DNA of 64,000 nt from Raillietiella orientalis (lineage: Eukaryota). The position numbers and the translations under genes are program-made. Of the stretch, positions 9,907-21,900 are shown piece after piece (the first letter of the stretch is position 1; every line of letters starts with the position of its first letter). The stretch spans positions 1,364,001 through 1,428,000 of the forward strand of contig JAYWIR010000008.1 in the NCBI GenBank assembly GCA_036172245.1. The letters run 5' to 3'. The notes under the pieces were generated by a model. That model had not been told where the DNA came from and searched no databases. It saw only the letters and a list, made by a program, of their open reading frames with translations.

Positions 9907-12900
9907 GGCGCTGCACAAGAGGGTCCTTCCCAGAAACAAATCTCCGCTCCCGTGAGAGACGCGCGAACGGGGGAGCGAGCCGGAAAGGGCGCGAGGGCGA
10001 GACGGAGGACGCGAGCGCGTGCTCGGAGCGCTACGAGCGACGGCCGTCCGCTCTTCCTCCCTCCTTGCCCTCTCTCCCTCGCTCCTTCCTTCCCCCTGGG
10101 TCGCGAGACCGACCACACCCCTTTCGCGCAACCGCGATGCCTCCTCCTCCACTCGCCCGCATCCCGCTTCGATCATCTCAGACGCACTTGACGCGCGAGA
10201 GCCAGAGAGGGGAGGTCTGCCCCCCTCCCCCTCTTTCTCTTCCTTTTTTTTTTTTTTTTTCTTTTTCTCCCTTTTCCCTTCCTTTCCTCCCCCCTCCCCC
10301 CTTTCTCTTGGTAGGCTCCCTGCAACCGATGCGCCTCGACCGAGATGCGCCTCGCGCACGCCGGTACCATTTCATCCCTGGTCGGCTGCGCGGCCCTCCC
10401 CCCCCCCCCTCCCCACGTGCTGTGTGCGTGACACTTCAGCTCGAAGTAAGGGGTGAGCACGCGAAACCGTTCCACGCGTTCCCCACTTCTTCCTTTTCTT
10501 CTGAACCCGAAAATTTCGCACGTTTGTCACAAAAACATCCCGGCTCTTTGCACGGGGGAGCCGTTCGCACCAGCATTTGGAATGAAAGGAAGGAGAATGA
10601 GAGAGGGAGAGAGAGGGAGAGAGAAGGAGGAGGAAAGGAAAAAAAAAAAAAAAAGAAGTCCGATTCTTTTCTCCCTAATACTCGAGGTCTCCATTCACCG
10701 CTAGCGAGGCTTTCTGTTTCCATTGACCGTCACAGGTTGCCAGAGGACAATGCTTCAAAGTCCCAATCTCTCCGACAGATCGTTTTTTGACTATTCTGAA
10801 ACGTCGCGCCGAAAACAAACGCATTTTCTCGTCCTGGAAACCTCCCTCGGGAGAGCCGGGAGCACTCGCAGCGCCGCGGCCATTCTATTAATTTTTCACT
10901 CACCGTGGAAAAACCCGAAGCATTCCGATCGACTTGTCCCCAGAGGCAGCTCCGGCGGTAATAGAAATCCCCTCACAATCGATGGGGTACCTGCCTAAAC
11001 GCGCGCAAGCACGTCAGGTATGTTTATTCGGGATGCATGTTGCCGCGCAATGAAAGGAGGATCAGGCAAAAATGGGCCATGGGTTCTGCTGCGCAGGGGC
11101 CCGTGGCCTCGTGTCAGTTGTAATGGCTTTCCTTGGCTGCCCGGACCGGCTCGACTCCAGGTCGGTCATCACCCGAAGAGCAGCTCACGGGGAGGAACTT
11201 CAGAGCATGCTCACACTCCAGAACCTCCCGATGGAACGCAGGGAGCCGGGGTTATTATCACGAAGACGTTTTCCAGCGAAAGAAGCCTCTCCTTGGGGGT
11301 GGGGGAGAGGGGGAGCACGGCGACGCAACCACATGCGAAAGGCGGCGCGACCGTTTCTGGGATGCGACGTCAAAGTGCGATTTTTCCGTGGAAGCTGTGC
11401 GACGCGACGATGAAAGCTCCGCAAGCTGAAGGCTTTCGTGTGCGTTCTGCGAAAGAGCTGCCCGGCAACGTGGACCAAAAAAAAAAACGCGCACGGACAA
11501 AACCCTGCACATGAACGTTGTTGCATTCTGCATCCCCCCATAATAGGGGCTCCTTGTGGGATTCCCCGACAAGTAAGCCCACAAAAAGCACAGGCTGTTT
11601 GCAAGTAAGGATGTGGTACATCAACGAAGTCCCTACTTCGTACGTGTACGTTTTTCCCCTCCCATCTATCGAGTTCGTACAAGTGCATGCCTCGATCCAA
11701 GAGGCAGAGAGGACCACGCGCGCTTCTTTCTTATTGAAAAGGAAACTGACGCCGTCCTCCCTTGCAGTAGAGCTCTCACGGTGGTTTTAAACGGCCTGAT
11801 GGCACCTTGCGTGTGATTCAGATGCTGGATGAAATTAGCCACCTATTCCAAACATTCTGCGAGATCTCCCCTTCCACCCAGTATCTCAAGCGACCGAAAC
11901 CCCACCGCGGTCCAGCATGCGGGAGAGTGAGGAGGCCTCTTGCAAATTTGTCATCCTCCTCCCTCCCCGGTGAGAGGAGAGCGGTGACCTCGGGGTGATC
12001 TGGCTGACGCATGTGATTTCTCAGCCCCAGCGCTAGCAGAGAGCTGGAGTCGGCAAGGAGCGCGCAAGGCCACAATTTGGAGCGAGTTCGCCGACGGAGG
12101 AGGGGGGAGGGGAGAGATCCCTCAGTCTCACTGTCGGACCTGCCTTGCTGATCGCCTGGAGGCCCAGGCAGGGACTCCAGAACTCCCTTCTTGGCTGCAG
12201 CTGGCTGCAGGCCGTTCCGAAGAGCCTTCTTTCCAGCGCACCCCAAAGCGCTGCCGCCACTTTGGATCCCTACCGTCCTCGCTTCCGCGGTTCCTTCCCG
12301 AACTACGGGAACGCATCTGGCGGTGTTCTCGACCGAAATGCATCCGCCGCAGCCTTCCCGTCTGCCCTCCTCTTTCGTCCGGGCCCTTCTGAGCCACGCC
12401 TCTTCCCTCTTTCCTTTCTGGAGGAGGCTTCGAGTTCGAGAACGCCCTGCCTGAGAGGAGATCTCCGATCGGGTGTGCTAATGGTCCAAGAGACGAGCAC
12501 GAAAAGCTGGATCAATCCAGGAACGACATCCGGGGAAAGAGCGTTCCTGTTTCCACGAAGCAGTGGAGGAAAGGGAGGGTGATGGATGAGGGAAGACGCT
12601 CGATCATTTCTAGGACCCCGACGAAGGTCTACGCTGGAGAGCTGGCCTTCCTCCCAAAAGCGGTGCAAGCGGAGCTGGGATCGCCAGTTTTCCTCCTTTT
12701 TCGTCCTCCTTCGCGCGCGCGCTGGTGGGGGAAACCGGCTGGCGCCGTCGACGGGGAGCCGGTCGAGGAAACAGAAAATCGACCAGGAACACTTGCGAAA
12801 AGACGTTCTTCTTGCTTGTTCCTGCTACCCCCTTCGCTTCTCTCACTGCCGCACGAGGTTTGCTTTTCTCGAAGAGCCTCCCGTGAGAGCGCACTCTTGA

Positions 12901-15900
12901 AAGCGGAAGAGGGGGGAGGGGGGAGAAAATGTTCCGGAAGAGTGGGCGCAGCAGCTCGTAAGAGGGAAAAGAAAAAAACGAAATCGTCTTCCCCAGATCC
13001 GAGAACCGCTACGGGGACACCCTGCTGGAGCGTCACCCCTTTTCTTCTTTGCACGTGCTTTATCAAGAGACACCGCGGGCTTCACTCCCTCAAGAAAGAG
13101 GCACGCCCAACCTTCATGATAGCTGTTTGCAATTACATATGGGTGGCATACTTCCTGATCTCCGTCTGCCTAACCCTTCTATCCCGCTATATGTGAGGGG
13201 AAAAAATTCTAGAAAAATCTTTCTCTGCTTTTCCCGGCTTCCTGAGATTAGAGCATTCGTTGTAAGGTGGGGGGCAGGGTCCTTCTGAAGCGAGCCCGCG
13301 GTTTCTGATGATGATGGTGGCCACTCTTATGAGGCGGAGCCCCGGTCGATCTACTGGAGCACCGAGAAGAAAATTAACCCTCCTCGACGCTCAGCAGCCA
13401 ATTAGGTAGCGTCCCATTTCAGCGATCACGGATGTGTCCCTGCCCGACCTCGACCTCAAACAAAAGCAATTATTCGTGGAAACCAGAATGGCGCCCGCAT
13501 AAGCTTTCAGTGGGCATGCCACGGGCTGAGGACCCCAGACAACCTCGCTAAAAAGATTAGATTGACCACAAAGTCGCTGTAGATGAAACTCGGTCTTCTC
13601 CAGCCGCCGGTCCGTAAGGCGGCGTTGGCGCAAACACATGAGCGCTCGCTCTTCGGCTCATCCGTGCATCGTTCACGCGGTTGTCGTGCGAGAGTGGGAA
13701 AAGGGTGAAGAGATGGCTCAGAAAAGAATTCAAAAAAAAAACTGAAAAAAGGAGGGTCGAAGGAAGGCATCCCGTTTACACCATCCTTCCGGAAAGCGCT
13801 CTCAGAATATCCCGCACTGAGTAGAAAGACATCGCCGGCTCGCTGCGTTGAGAGGAAGCTGGACGGTCGCTGCAGAGAGTGGCCCTCGGAGTGCTCCAGT
13901 GAGCGTCGCCCGCTGTCGCATAGCTCCGAGGGAGATCGCCAGGAGACGGCAGCGACGATGAAACGCCGCGCCGGTCATCCCCGGGGAAGGGTCCGAAGGG
14001 ATGGAAGAAGAGGGAGGGATGGCGGGCATGACACTCAGCAGTCCCCAAGGAGCACGTCCTAGAAGTTGGACGAGAAAGAGGAAAGAAGGACTGTGGCGCG
14101 ATTCCTAGGAGGTACGCAAAAAGAACCACGGCGTGCTTGGCGTCCGACATCTTTTCCCCCCTGATGATCGTTTCTCCGAGAGGACAGCAACTGTCGCTGC
14201 CTCTGCGTGCGCGTCTTTCTCACGAACAGGATCAAAGCCAGAAGCGTGCGCGTGCGCGCGCCCGCACTTCTTTCCCTCACTCCTCTCCTCTTCTCTCCTC
14301 CTCCTCCTTCCCCACCCCCTTCCCCTTCCGCGTATCCTGGTTGCCTAGCGACCGATTCTTCTCGCGGCACCCGGCCCAGTCTAGCGGAAGCTGATCCCCC
14401 GTTCGTACCTCATTTAACATTTGGCCCCGCGATCCCATCCGCCCGATCCTGTTTTCATCCCCTCTTCATTTTCCAATTTAACTCCGCTCTCCTCCCCTCT
14501 CAGGATCGTCCCCTCGCGGGATAATGGAGCTGCCATGGCACGTCTCGCTCAGGGACGCCAACGGGTTAACATGCGCTCGCCGTCTTCAGAGGAGGAGGTG
14601 TGGGAACGGCGGCCGCCCTCTCTGGATGGAGGTGGGATGAGAGAAAGGAAAGGTGAGGCGAAGGAATCGTCCCCTATCCTCATGGAGTGCACGGCAGGAG
14701 CAGCGTTATCGGAACGGGACGCGCGGGTCCAGAATGATTCCTCTCCACCCTTTTCTTTTTCCCTCTTCCTCTTTCTCCACCCCTGGAGGGGACGACCTCA
14801 GAGTCGCTTGCAGCTGTTTTTGTTTGTGCCAGTAGCGCAGCATCACGGCCGGCCGTTACCCCCTCCCCCTTCCCTCGTCTCCCGCACCCTTTCTGAGAGC
14901 CGTTCCCTTCACCCGTCCCTTCCTGTCCTGCCACAGCCGCGCCTTCTCTCGTTTCGGAGTCCCGGAGGGAACGCTCGTTGCTCCTCCTCCTCCTTCAGAA
15001 GTCGCGGAGGTCCCGCGGTTGACCCGCGGAACCCGTCATTAGCGGATCCGGCAGGATCCTTTCAGGACGTTCTCACCGATCCCTGCTCCCTCCTTTTCAG
15101 CGGGAGCCCGCCCGTTCCTGCTGTGTGCTCTTCCCAGGGGTTCCTGTCCGCCTCGCCCCGCGCGAAGTGTGGGTTCTGGCAGAAGGGAGAGGGAAAAGGG
15201 AGGGGGGAGGAAGGGGACCGCCGCCTATGCTCAAGGGCGGATGGCTGACGCCGTGGAGGAACTCCTCCGGGCGAGGTCCGGTCCCGATAAACGGGAAGGG
15301 AGCGAGCAAGTTCGGTTTTTTCCACCCGTCCGCATCCCCTGAGGTGAAGCTCGAAGGAAGACATCGATGAGGCTGGAAGAGGGGAAGGGGAGGAGGGGAG
15401 AAGGCGATCCCGAGTCGCCTTTTCTTCTGCGAGTCCCTCCTCTCCGATGGGAGGAAGCTCCAGAGGAGGAGCGCCATCTTGCAAGAGGTTCCCTCGTTTG
15501 TTCTTAAGCATCTGGGACTGGGAGAGGAAAGCAGAGAATGGATGCTGACTGCCCTTGGAGGACGGGCACCACCACCCTGCTTCGAACCCGGAAGGACGTG
15601 CACGCACCCGTCGGTTTCCCTCGAGTTATCTCAGGGAGGTTTGGCAGAACCACTCCCGTGCGTCCGAGTCTCCCGCTTTCTCTGGCACCGCGCCATGGAT
15701 TTCTGATCGTCCGTCACCTGCGTGGACCAGGAGAGATGTGGCTGGGGTGGCTCTTTCCTTCACTTCATCTCATTCTCCCCTGCCGTCTCCGAATCGGCCC
15801 CTTTTCCTGCTGCAGCCTATCCCGTTTTATCCGTCCTTATCCCTTTCCTTTAGTTTATTTTTTTTTTCTTTCCTATTTTGCGTGCGCGCGCGCTCGCGCG

Positions 15901-18900
15901 CGCTCCCGTCCATTCCGTGACCCACTCGCCCGCCTCGTCCCAAAGGAAAAGACAAAGGCGTGCGCTCGCGGGGGCAGGAGAGTAGCCGGAAGCGGCGGCA
16001 GCCCGTGACGTCAATCTGCCATTCAAGAGCCGGGTCCCCGCTGCTCCTGTAGTGGATGGAGATGTTTACCGGTTCCGGACGTCTTCATTCTGTCCGGAGG
16101 GGCGGCGGCTGTGGGGAGGACGGGGACGCAGGGAACGCAGCAGCCGGTTACCCCGTCGCCGGGGAACTTCGAAGGGGCATCAATGCTGAACCGTTTCTAT
16201 GAAAGAGGCTCTCTGAGCACCGGGAGCTACCGCCGTTCTGGGAAGAAGCACCAGGAGCCTCACTCCATGCCACGGCAGCGGCATGTCAGCCATCGAAAGT
16301 GTCGGGAATCCGACGCGTGGCTTTTCCTCGGCGGATTTCCCGAATTTCACCCTTTCCCTGGTTCCTGTCATCACCCCCACGCATTCCTCGGTCCCCTTTT
16401 CTTCTCTTTCCCTTCAGTGTCATCTCCCTCGACCACCAGGCATCCTGGGAGCCGTGCACGGTGGCTGACCGGACAGTCCGCACTCCCTCCACACGAGCCC
16501 GGGAACTCTTCTAAATCCGGGAGCGGCGCTTGCCCCCTGGAACCCTCCTCAGGGGAGAGGGAGCCAGTCTGCTGACACGGGCAGTTCACCTGTCGCCACA
16601 GTCATTCCCCTACCCCGATCCACTTCCCCTTCGCTCAGCTCCTGGCTGCCAGGAGAGATTTTCTCCAGACACCATTCCTCCTCTTTCGAGAGGAAGCATC
16701 CACGTCCGGTGTCGTAGGAAGCACCGCCGGCGGTGCACCTTACGAGACAGGGAAGGCTGCTGCGCTGAGTCTGTCCTCGGCGAAGACCTGACTGGAGGAA
16801 CAACTCCTTCACTCTTTCCCTCTGATCCTCGTGGCCGACAGACACCGGTCACACCGCACCCAGGAGGAGCACCTCCTGGGTGCGGTGACTCACCAGGACT
16901 TCTTTAAGCGGGCGGGCAACGGCGCGACCCTTGGAGCTCAGCCTCCTCGGGGATTCGAGTCGCGTCCTTCTGCCTGCTCTCCATCGCTCTCTCCGGACGA
17001 AACGGACGGTAGTGGGCGAAGGGCGGTTCTCCGACTTGGGATGAAGTCCGGACCCGGCGGGATTGGACCGCCGCCCTCAACTACAGAATGTGCGACTCCA
17101 TCCGAGGGTTCGGCAAGGGCGGCCGCGCCCGCGTTCCGGCCCGGATGCTCTCCACTGCAAGGAGCCACCCCAGTCTTGAGCGTTGACCTCACTTGTGAGC
17201 ATTCCGTCCACAGGTGGCAGGAAGGCAGAACACCTCTCGCCCACTCCTCTCGCGGGCGACATGCATAAGCTTCCTCCTAAGGGAATTTTTGAGTGAGAAC
17301 CTCCTCCTGTTTCGGGACGACGCCAGCCTCCCGCTCGCATCTCCGGTTTATGGGTGGCGCGGAGAGGAGACGGCGGCGCGCAGTTTGTCCAGGGAGAAAC
17401 GTCAAGTGGGAGTGTTCCTCTTGAGGGTCTCCTCGAGAGGGGCACGCTCTGTTCGAGGGTGGCGTGAATTGGGGAAGCCTCGTGTTTGAGGGCAGCAGGA
17501 GCGGCGGCTGCGTTCGTTCCATTCAGGAATCGCGTGAAATGGGCGCTTCCGGTCCGAGGGAAACTCCGCTCGCGCGCATCCCCCCTTTAGGGAATGGCGA
17601 ATCTAATGGGCCCACATTTCCTACTCTTTTCCTTTTCTCTCTCCTCTTACGCTCTTCCTTCCTGCTCACCCCTTTGAGGGTGATGTGAGGCGAAGACGCA
17701 TCATTTAAGGGCGTCGCAGAAGCGGATGCTCTCCTCCCCGGGGGATAAGGAAGTTGAATCAACCCCGGTTAGACTTCAGAAGTCGTTTCGTCCCCGTCTG
17801 GTAGTGGTGGGAGCCTACTCCGAGGGTGACCTCGAAGGGGCTGCGGCGCTTCGGGACATCCATGGAGAGTCCGCGCCCTCCCTCCTTAAGGGCATGATAG
17901 CCCCACTCGTCCCATCGAAGATGCTGTGTTTTTCTGGGTGACGCTTTCAGCGTTATGCATATTCCCCCTCTCTCCCTCAAACGCACGCACGCATGCATCT
18001 GCCCCGTTTTGGTGATGCGACTCCCAGCGTGTCCTCTTTAGAGATGACTTTAGCGGAGAAATGCTGAACTTGGGGCTGCGACTGGGACGTTCCCCCGCAT
18101 TCGGAGGAAATGGAGTGCGAGGAAAGCCGGCGACTCCAGGTAAGAATTCCTCCTCACTCCTACCCCACTCCTACCCAAACCAGGGGTCGTCCCCTCTGTG
18201 AGAACGAAGCAAGTCCAAGGACGAGAATTTGGACCCAGAAATGGTGAGGGAGCAACTTGCAGACGGGGAGTTTCCTCCAGGAAAGCCAATGGTCACATCT
18301 CTGTGGTCCCTGGAGGCTGGAGACCTGAGGGACTCGCTGTCCACTGTCGTGTCGCGCAGGGACATTTTTTATGACTCCAGGAAGAAAAGCGGTACAATCT
18401 GGACGTCCAAGGAGAAGAGAAACCAAAGGAGAGAGAGGTTAGGACTGCACTCCCCCGACACCAGCATGGAGTCAATCCACTTGCCGCCCCATCTCTTCCT
18501 CGGAAGACGGTAGAACAGCTCGACTGGGAAGAAGGAAGCGATCCCTGGACTTCGCCTCCCTACTGTCCTCTTAAGGCTAGCTTAGAGACCCAAGGGAGGA
18601 GGAGTTCCACTACCCTGGAGGGAAGAGGGCCGGTTGGGACCAGGGAACGGCAGAGAAGGGAAGGATGGCTGGAGTGGGCTCCGCAACAGAGGGAAAACCC
18701 GGAGGGTTTCCGGCTTTCCATTTCGAGACAAGGGATTGAGGATTGGAAAAGGGCAGGCACGACGTTCACGAGACTCCAGAATGGGAAACTAGGGGAAGTA
18801 GAAGAGAGGAAGTCTCCCTCGGAGGATAGGAAGAGACCCACGAGAAGTCACACTTCTATGAAGTGCTCCCTCCGTGAAACGCGATGCGTCCTTGGTTCCC

Positions 18901-21900
18901 GGAAGGTCCGGCTAGGATGGGATGGGACTAGTGGGCAGGGGCTAGTCCCGAGGAGCTCTGACGGACCCGAGACACTCGCGAATATTCATGACTTTAGGCA
19001 CAGTCGTCCCACGCTTCTTCATCTAAAGAAAGGGCTGGAGCAGGAGGAAGGGCAGGAAAGCGGGCCCCGGGAGAGAACGCTCTCGCTACGGCGGACCTTT
19101 GCTGCTGGGCGCAGCTCAAAACGAGGAGGGAGAAAGGGTGGAGGGCGTGGACTGGAGTAGGACGTCCGGGGCGGAGAGAGAAGAGGAGGAAAAGGGGAAG
19201 CGATTGTGGAACCGAGCGTGCGCACACGCTCCTCCCTTACAGAGAGAAGTGGTTCGCCAAGGCATGTCCCGGAGTCGTAGGAATGGCAGTGATGGAAGAT
19301 CGAAGAGGGGTAAGCGGAACTTGGGTGCACCTCCTCTTCCTTCTATCACTGAAGAGGACTGCCTCCTTCTGTTACGCCGAGCTAAGAAACCGGCAGGGAA
19401 GAGGGAGAAAGAAAAGGGTAGGGAGGAGGTAATCGTAGGGAGGGGGAGAGAAGGAGGAAGTGGAGGAAGGAACTCCCTCCCTCCCGTGTCCAGGATCCAA
19501 GCTGTCGCCTCGGGAATCGAATCATCCGCTCGGCGAGCGCTCAATGGGGAGCGAGTGGGACGCAGGGGTCTCCCGCGGGGGAAGGCAAGGATCCCTTCCG
19601 GCCTGGTGAACCCGACTGGAGAAAGGAGAGTCCTGGGAGTCTCCTTTTTTTTTTAATTAACTGAGATTCGGATTAAGGGAGATCAGCACTTGCTGAAGGG
19701 GTGGGGAGATACACGGGAGTGACTGGAGCAGGAGGAGGACTCCATGCTTCTCTAGGAAAGGCAGGCGCTGAAGAACTTCGAGAACGCTCCCGCCTGGGCG
19801 CTTCGAGCAGCCCGGACAGGGATATCCCTGATGAAAATGGGCAAGGAGGTTTAGAGGAGTCCCATTCATCGCGAAAACTCCCTTCCTGACCCTTCCGGAC
19901 TCGGACGACCTCCCTTCCTGACCCTGAACTGTCCCGTCTCTGCGTTCTCTCTCACACCCCTCCTCCGGTTGCTGCCGTGTGTCTTCCTGGAGGAGTTGAT
20001 AGGCCAGGACAAGTCGGCAGGATTCAGCCTTGCTAGGCAGGAGAAGGGAGGGGCGGAAAGTGGTGGTTCTTGGAGTCGTCGCGGGGGTGAGGACCCCGCC
20101 GCTCCGCGACCGGGAGCTGCCATGTCAGCCGCGCTGATTATCCTGTCATCCCGTCGCTGCCGCGGCGTTGGCGCCCATTGTCGTCCGACGTCGTTAAAGT
20201 TTCCGGGACCGCGGTTCCGAAAGGACGGGATCGGGGAACCCTCCTGCCCGTGACCAAAGGCGGGCAGTCGAGCGTGAATGGGAGAGCGGGTCGGGTGACG
20301 TCACGGCGCGACCCGAGCCCGGTCGCTAATGGGCGTAATGTTCCGGCGGGAAATAGGCCGCGGGCCCTGCACCTCCCGGGTGCGCGCTGCTTCTCCCCAT
20401 CCACCCCACCTCTGTGGCGCTTTTCCCTCCCTTCCTTTCTTTCCGCTCCCTGAGAGCGATTGAATTAACGGCCGCGGGATGCGGCAGCGGGCGATTGGCT
20501 CCCGCGTTCCCGCCGGGAAAACGTTCGGGGCCGCCGAAAGAACGGGGGGGAGGGGAGAAGGGGCGCGTGCATTCTTCCGTTTTCCCTCCTTTTGTCTTTC
20601 TCTCGCCCCTCCCTTCCCACCCACCCACCCCCCTTCTCGTTCCACTGCTCTCCTACTCTCCCTCGCCCCTTCATTTTTCCTTCCTTCTTATCCTCACCCA
20701 TCCCATCTTCTTCCTTACCCAGGGAGGAGGGAACGCAAGGTATAAACGGACAAAGGGGGAGAAAAGTTGCCGGAGAGGCAGGAAGCCCATTCCCACAGTT
20801 TCTTACGCTCTTTGCCTTTCGAACAGCGTCCTCCGGGGTGAGCGGGAGGTCCCACTTCTCGGACAGTCTCCCTAGTAGCGGTCGCACGCATCCCGGAGGG
20901 CGCGCGCCCGCCTCGCACGCGCCTCTCCCTGGGATCGAAAGGGGAAAGCGCGCCCACGGAACGGGAACGCAGACGAGCAGGAGGCGCAACGTGATTGGAG
21001 GAGGAGACGTCGCCGCCAGACCAAGGACGTCCGTCCGCCTCTCTCCTCCCCTCCCCCTTCCTTCTTCCTCTGCTCCCTTTCCTGCTCCTGCCCGCCTGAT
21101 TACCCGCTCGCGAACTCCAGTTTTCATCGACGACGGGCAGTCAGGACCGAACCGGGAAAGGGGGGTCGAGAATGAGAGTCAAGATAAAGAAGGAAGGACT
21201 CCGGAGCCACCGGTTCCTCCCAGTCCTACGAATTCATCGCAGCGGATGTGTCGAGGGCCACCTGCCGCCTCGAGAAAGACTACTGTGAAATTGGGGGCGG
21301 GGGTAGGGGTTCAGTCGGTACCAAGAGATGGATATTTCATGGGCTGGAAGGGAAGACTTTTGGACTCCTCGTTTGGAGAAGAAAGGAGGAGCAGCGACGT
21401 CCCTGAGGGATAGAAAGGCTTCTCTGAACGGTCCCCCTCAATGGAAGGTCAAGGTGGCAGCGGAGGAAGAAGGGAAAGAGGATCGAGGGGATGAGAGCAG
21501 AGGAAAAAAGGAATAGGGAGTTGGCACGCCGCCCCTGGGTTCTGTCCCTGACGTGAATCCGCCTTCCCATAACAACGACGGAGGAGGGGAATCTCCTGGG
21601 AGTTGGGAGGGAGGGGGTAAGGGAGGGCAAGCGAGGACAGGAAGCCAAGTGGGACCACGAAGAACTCGCGGCCAAAGTCACAGTAACTTGGGAAGCATGG
21701 GGAGAGAGAAGGAGGAAGGGAAAGACGGGTGCACCGCGACTTCCGCAGGAGAGAGAACTGTAAAATTTCCGATTTGTGACGCTGCTTGCTCTCCCCCTTC
21801 CCATGAGGTGCCCTTTGTTCCTCCTCCTCTGTCTCCTCTTTCCAGGAAAGGGACGCGAAAGCGCTCCAGGAAAGCAGGGTACGGGAGGGCCATTGAGGTC

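Noticed and set aside
12430..12630. Further copy of the tRNA-headed repeat (ggaccccga.gaagg, aatccaggaa)
   Set aside because: Only two short matches that are not collinear, which is insufficient without an alignment.
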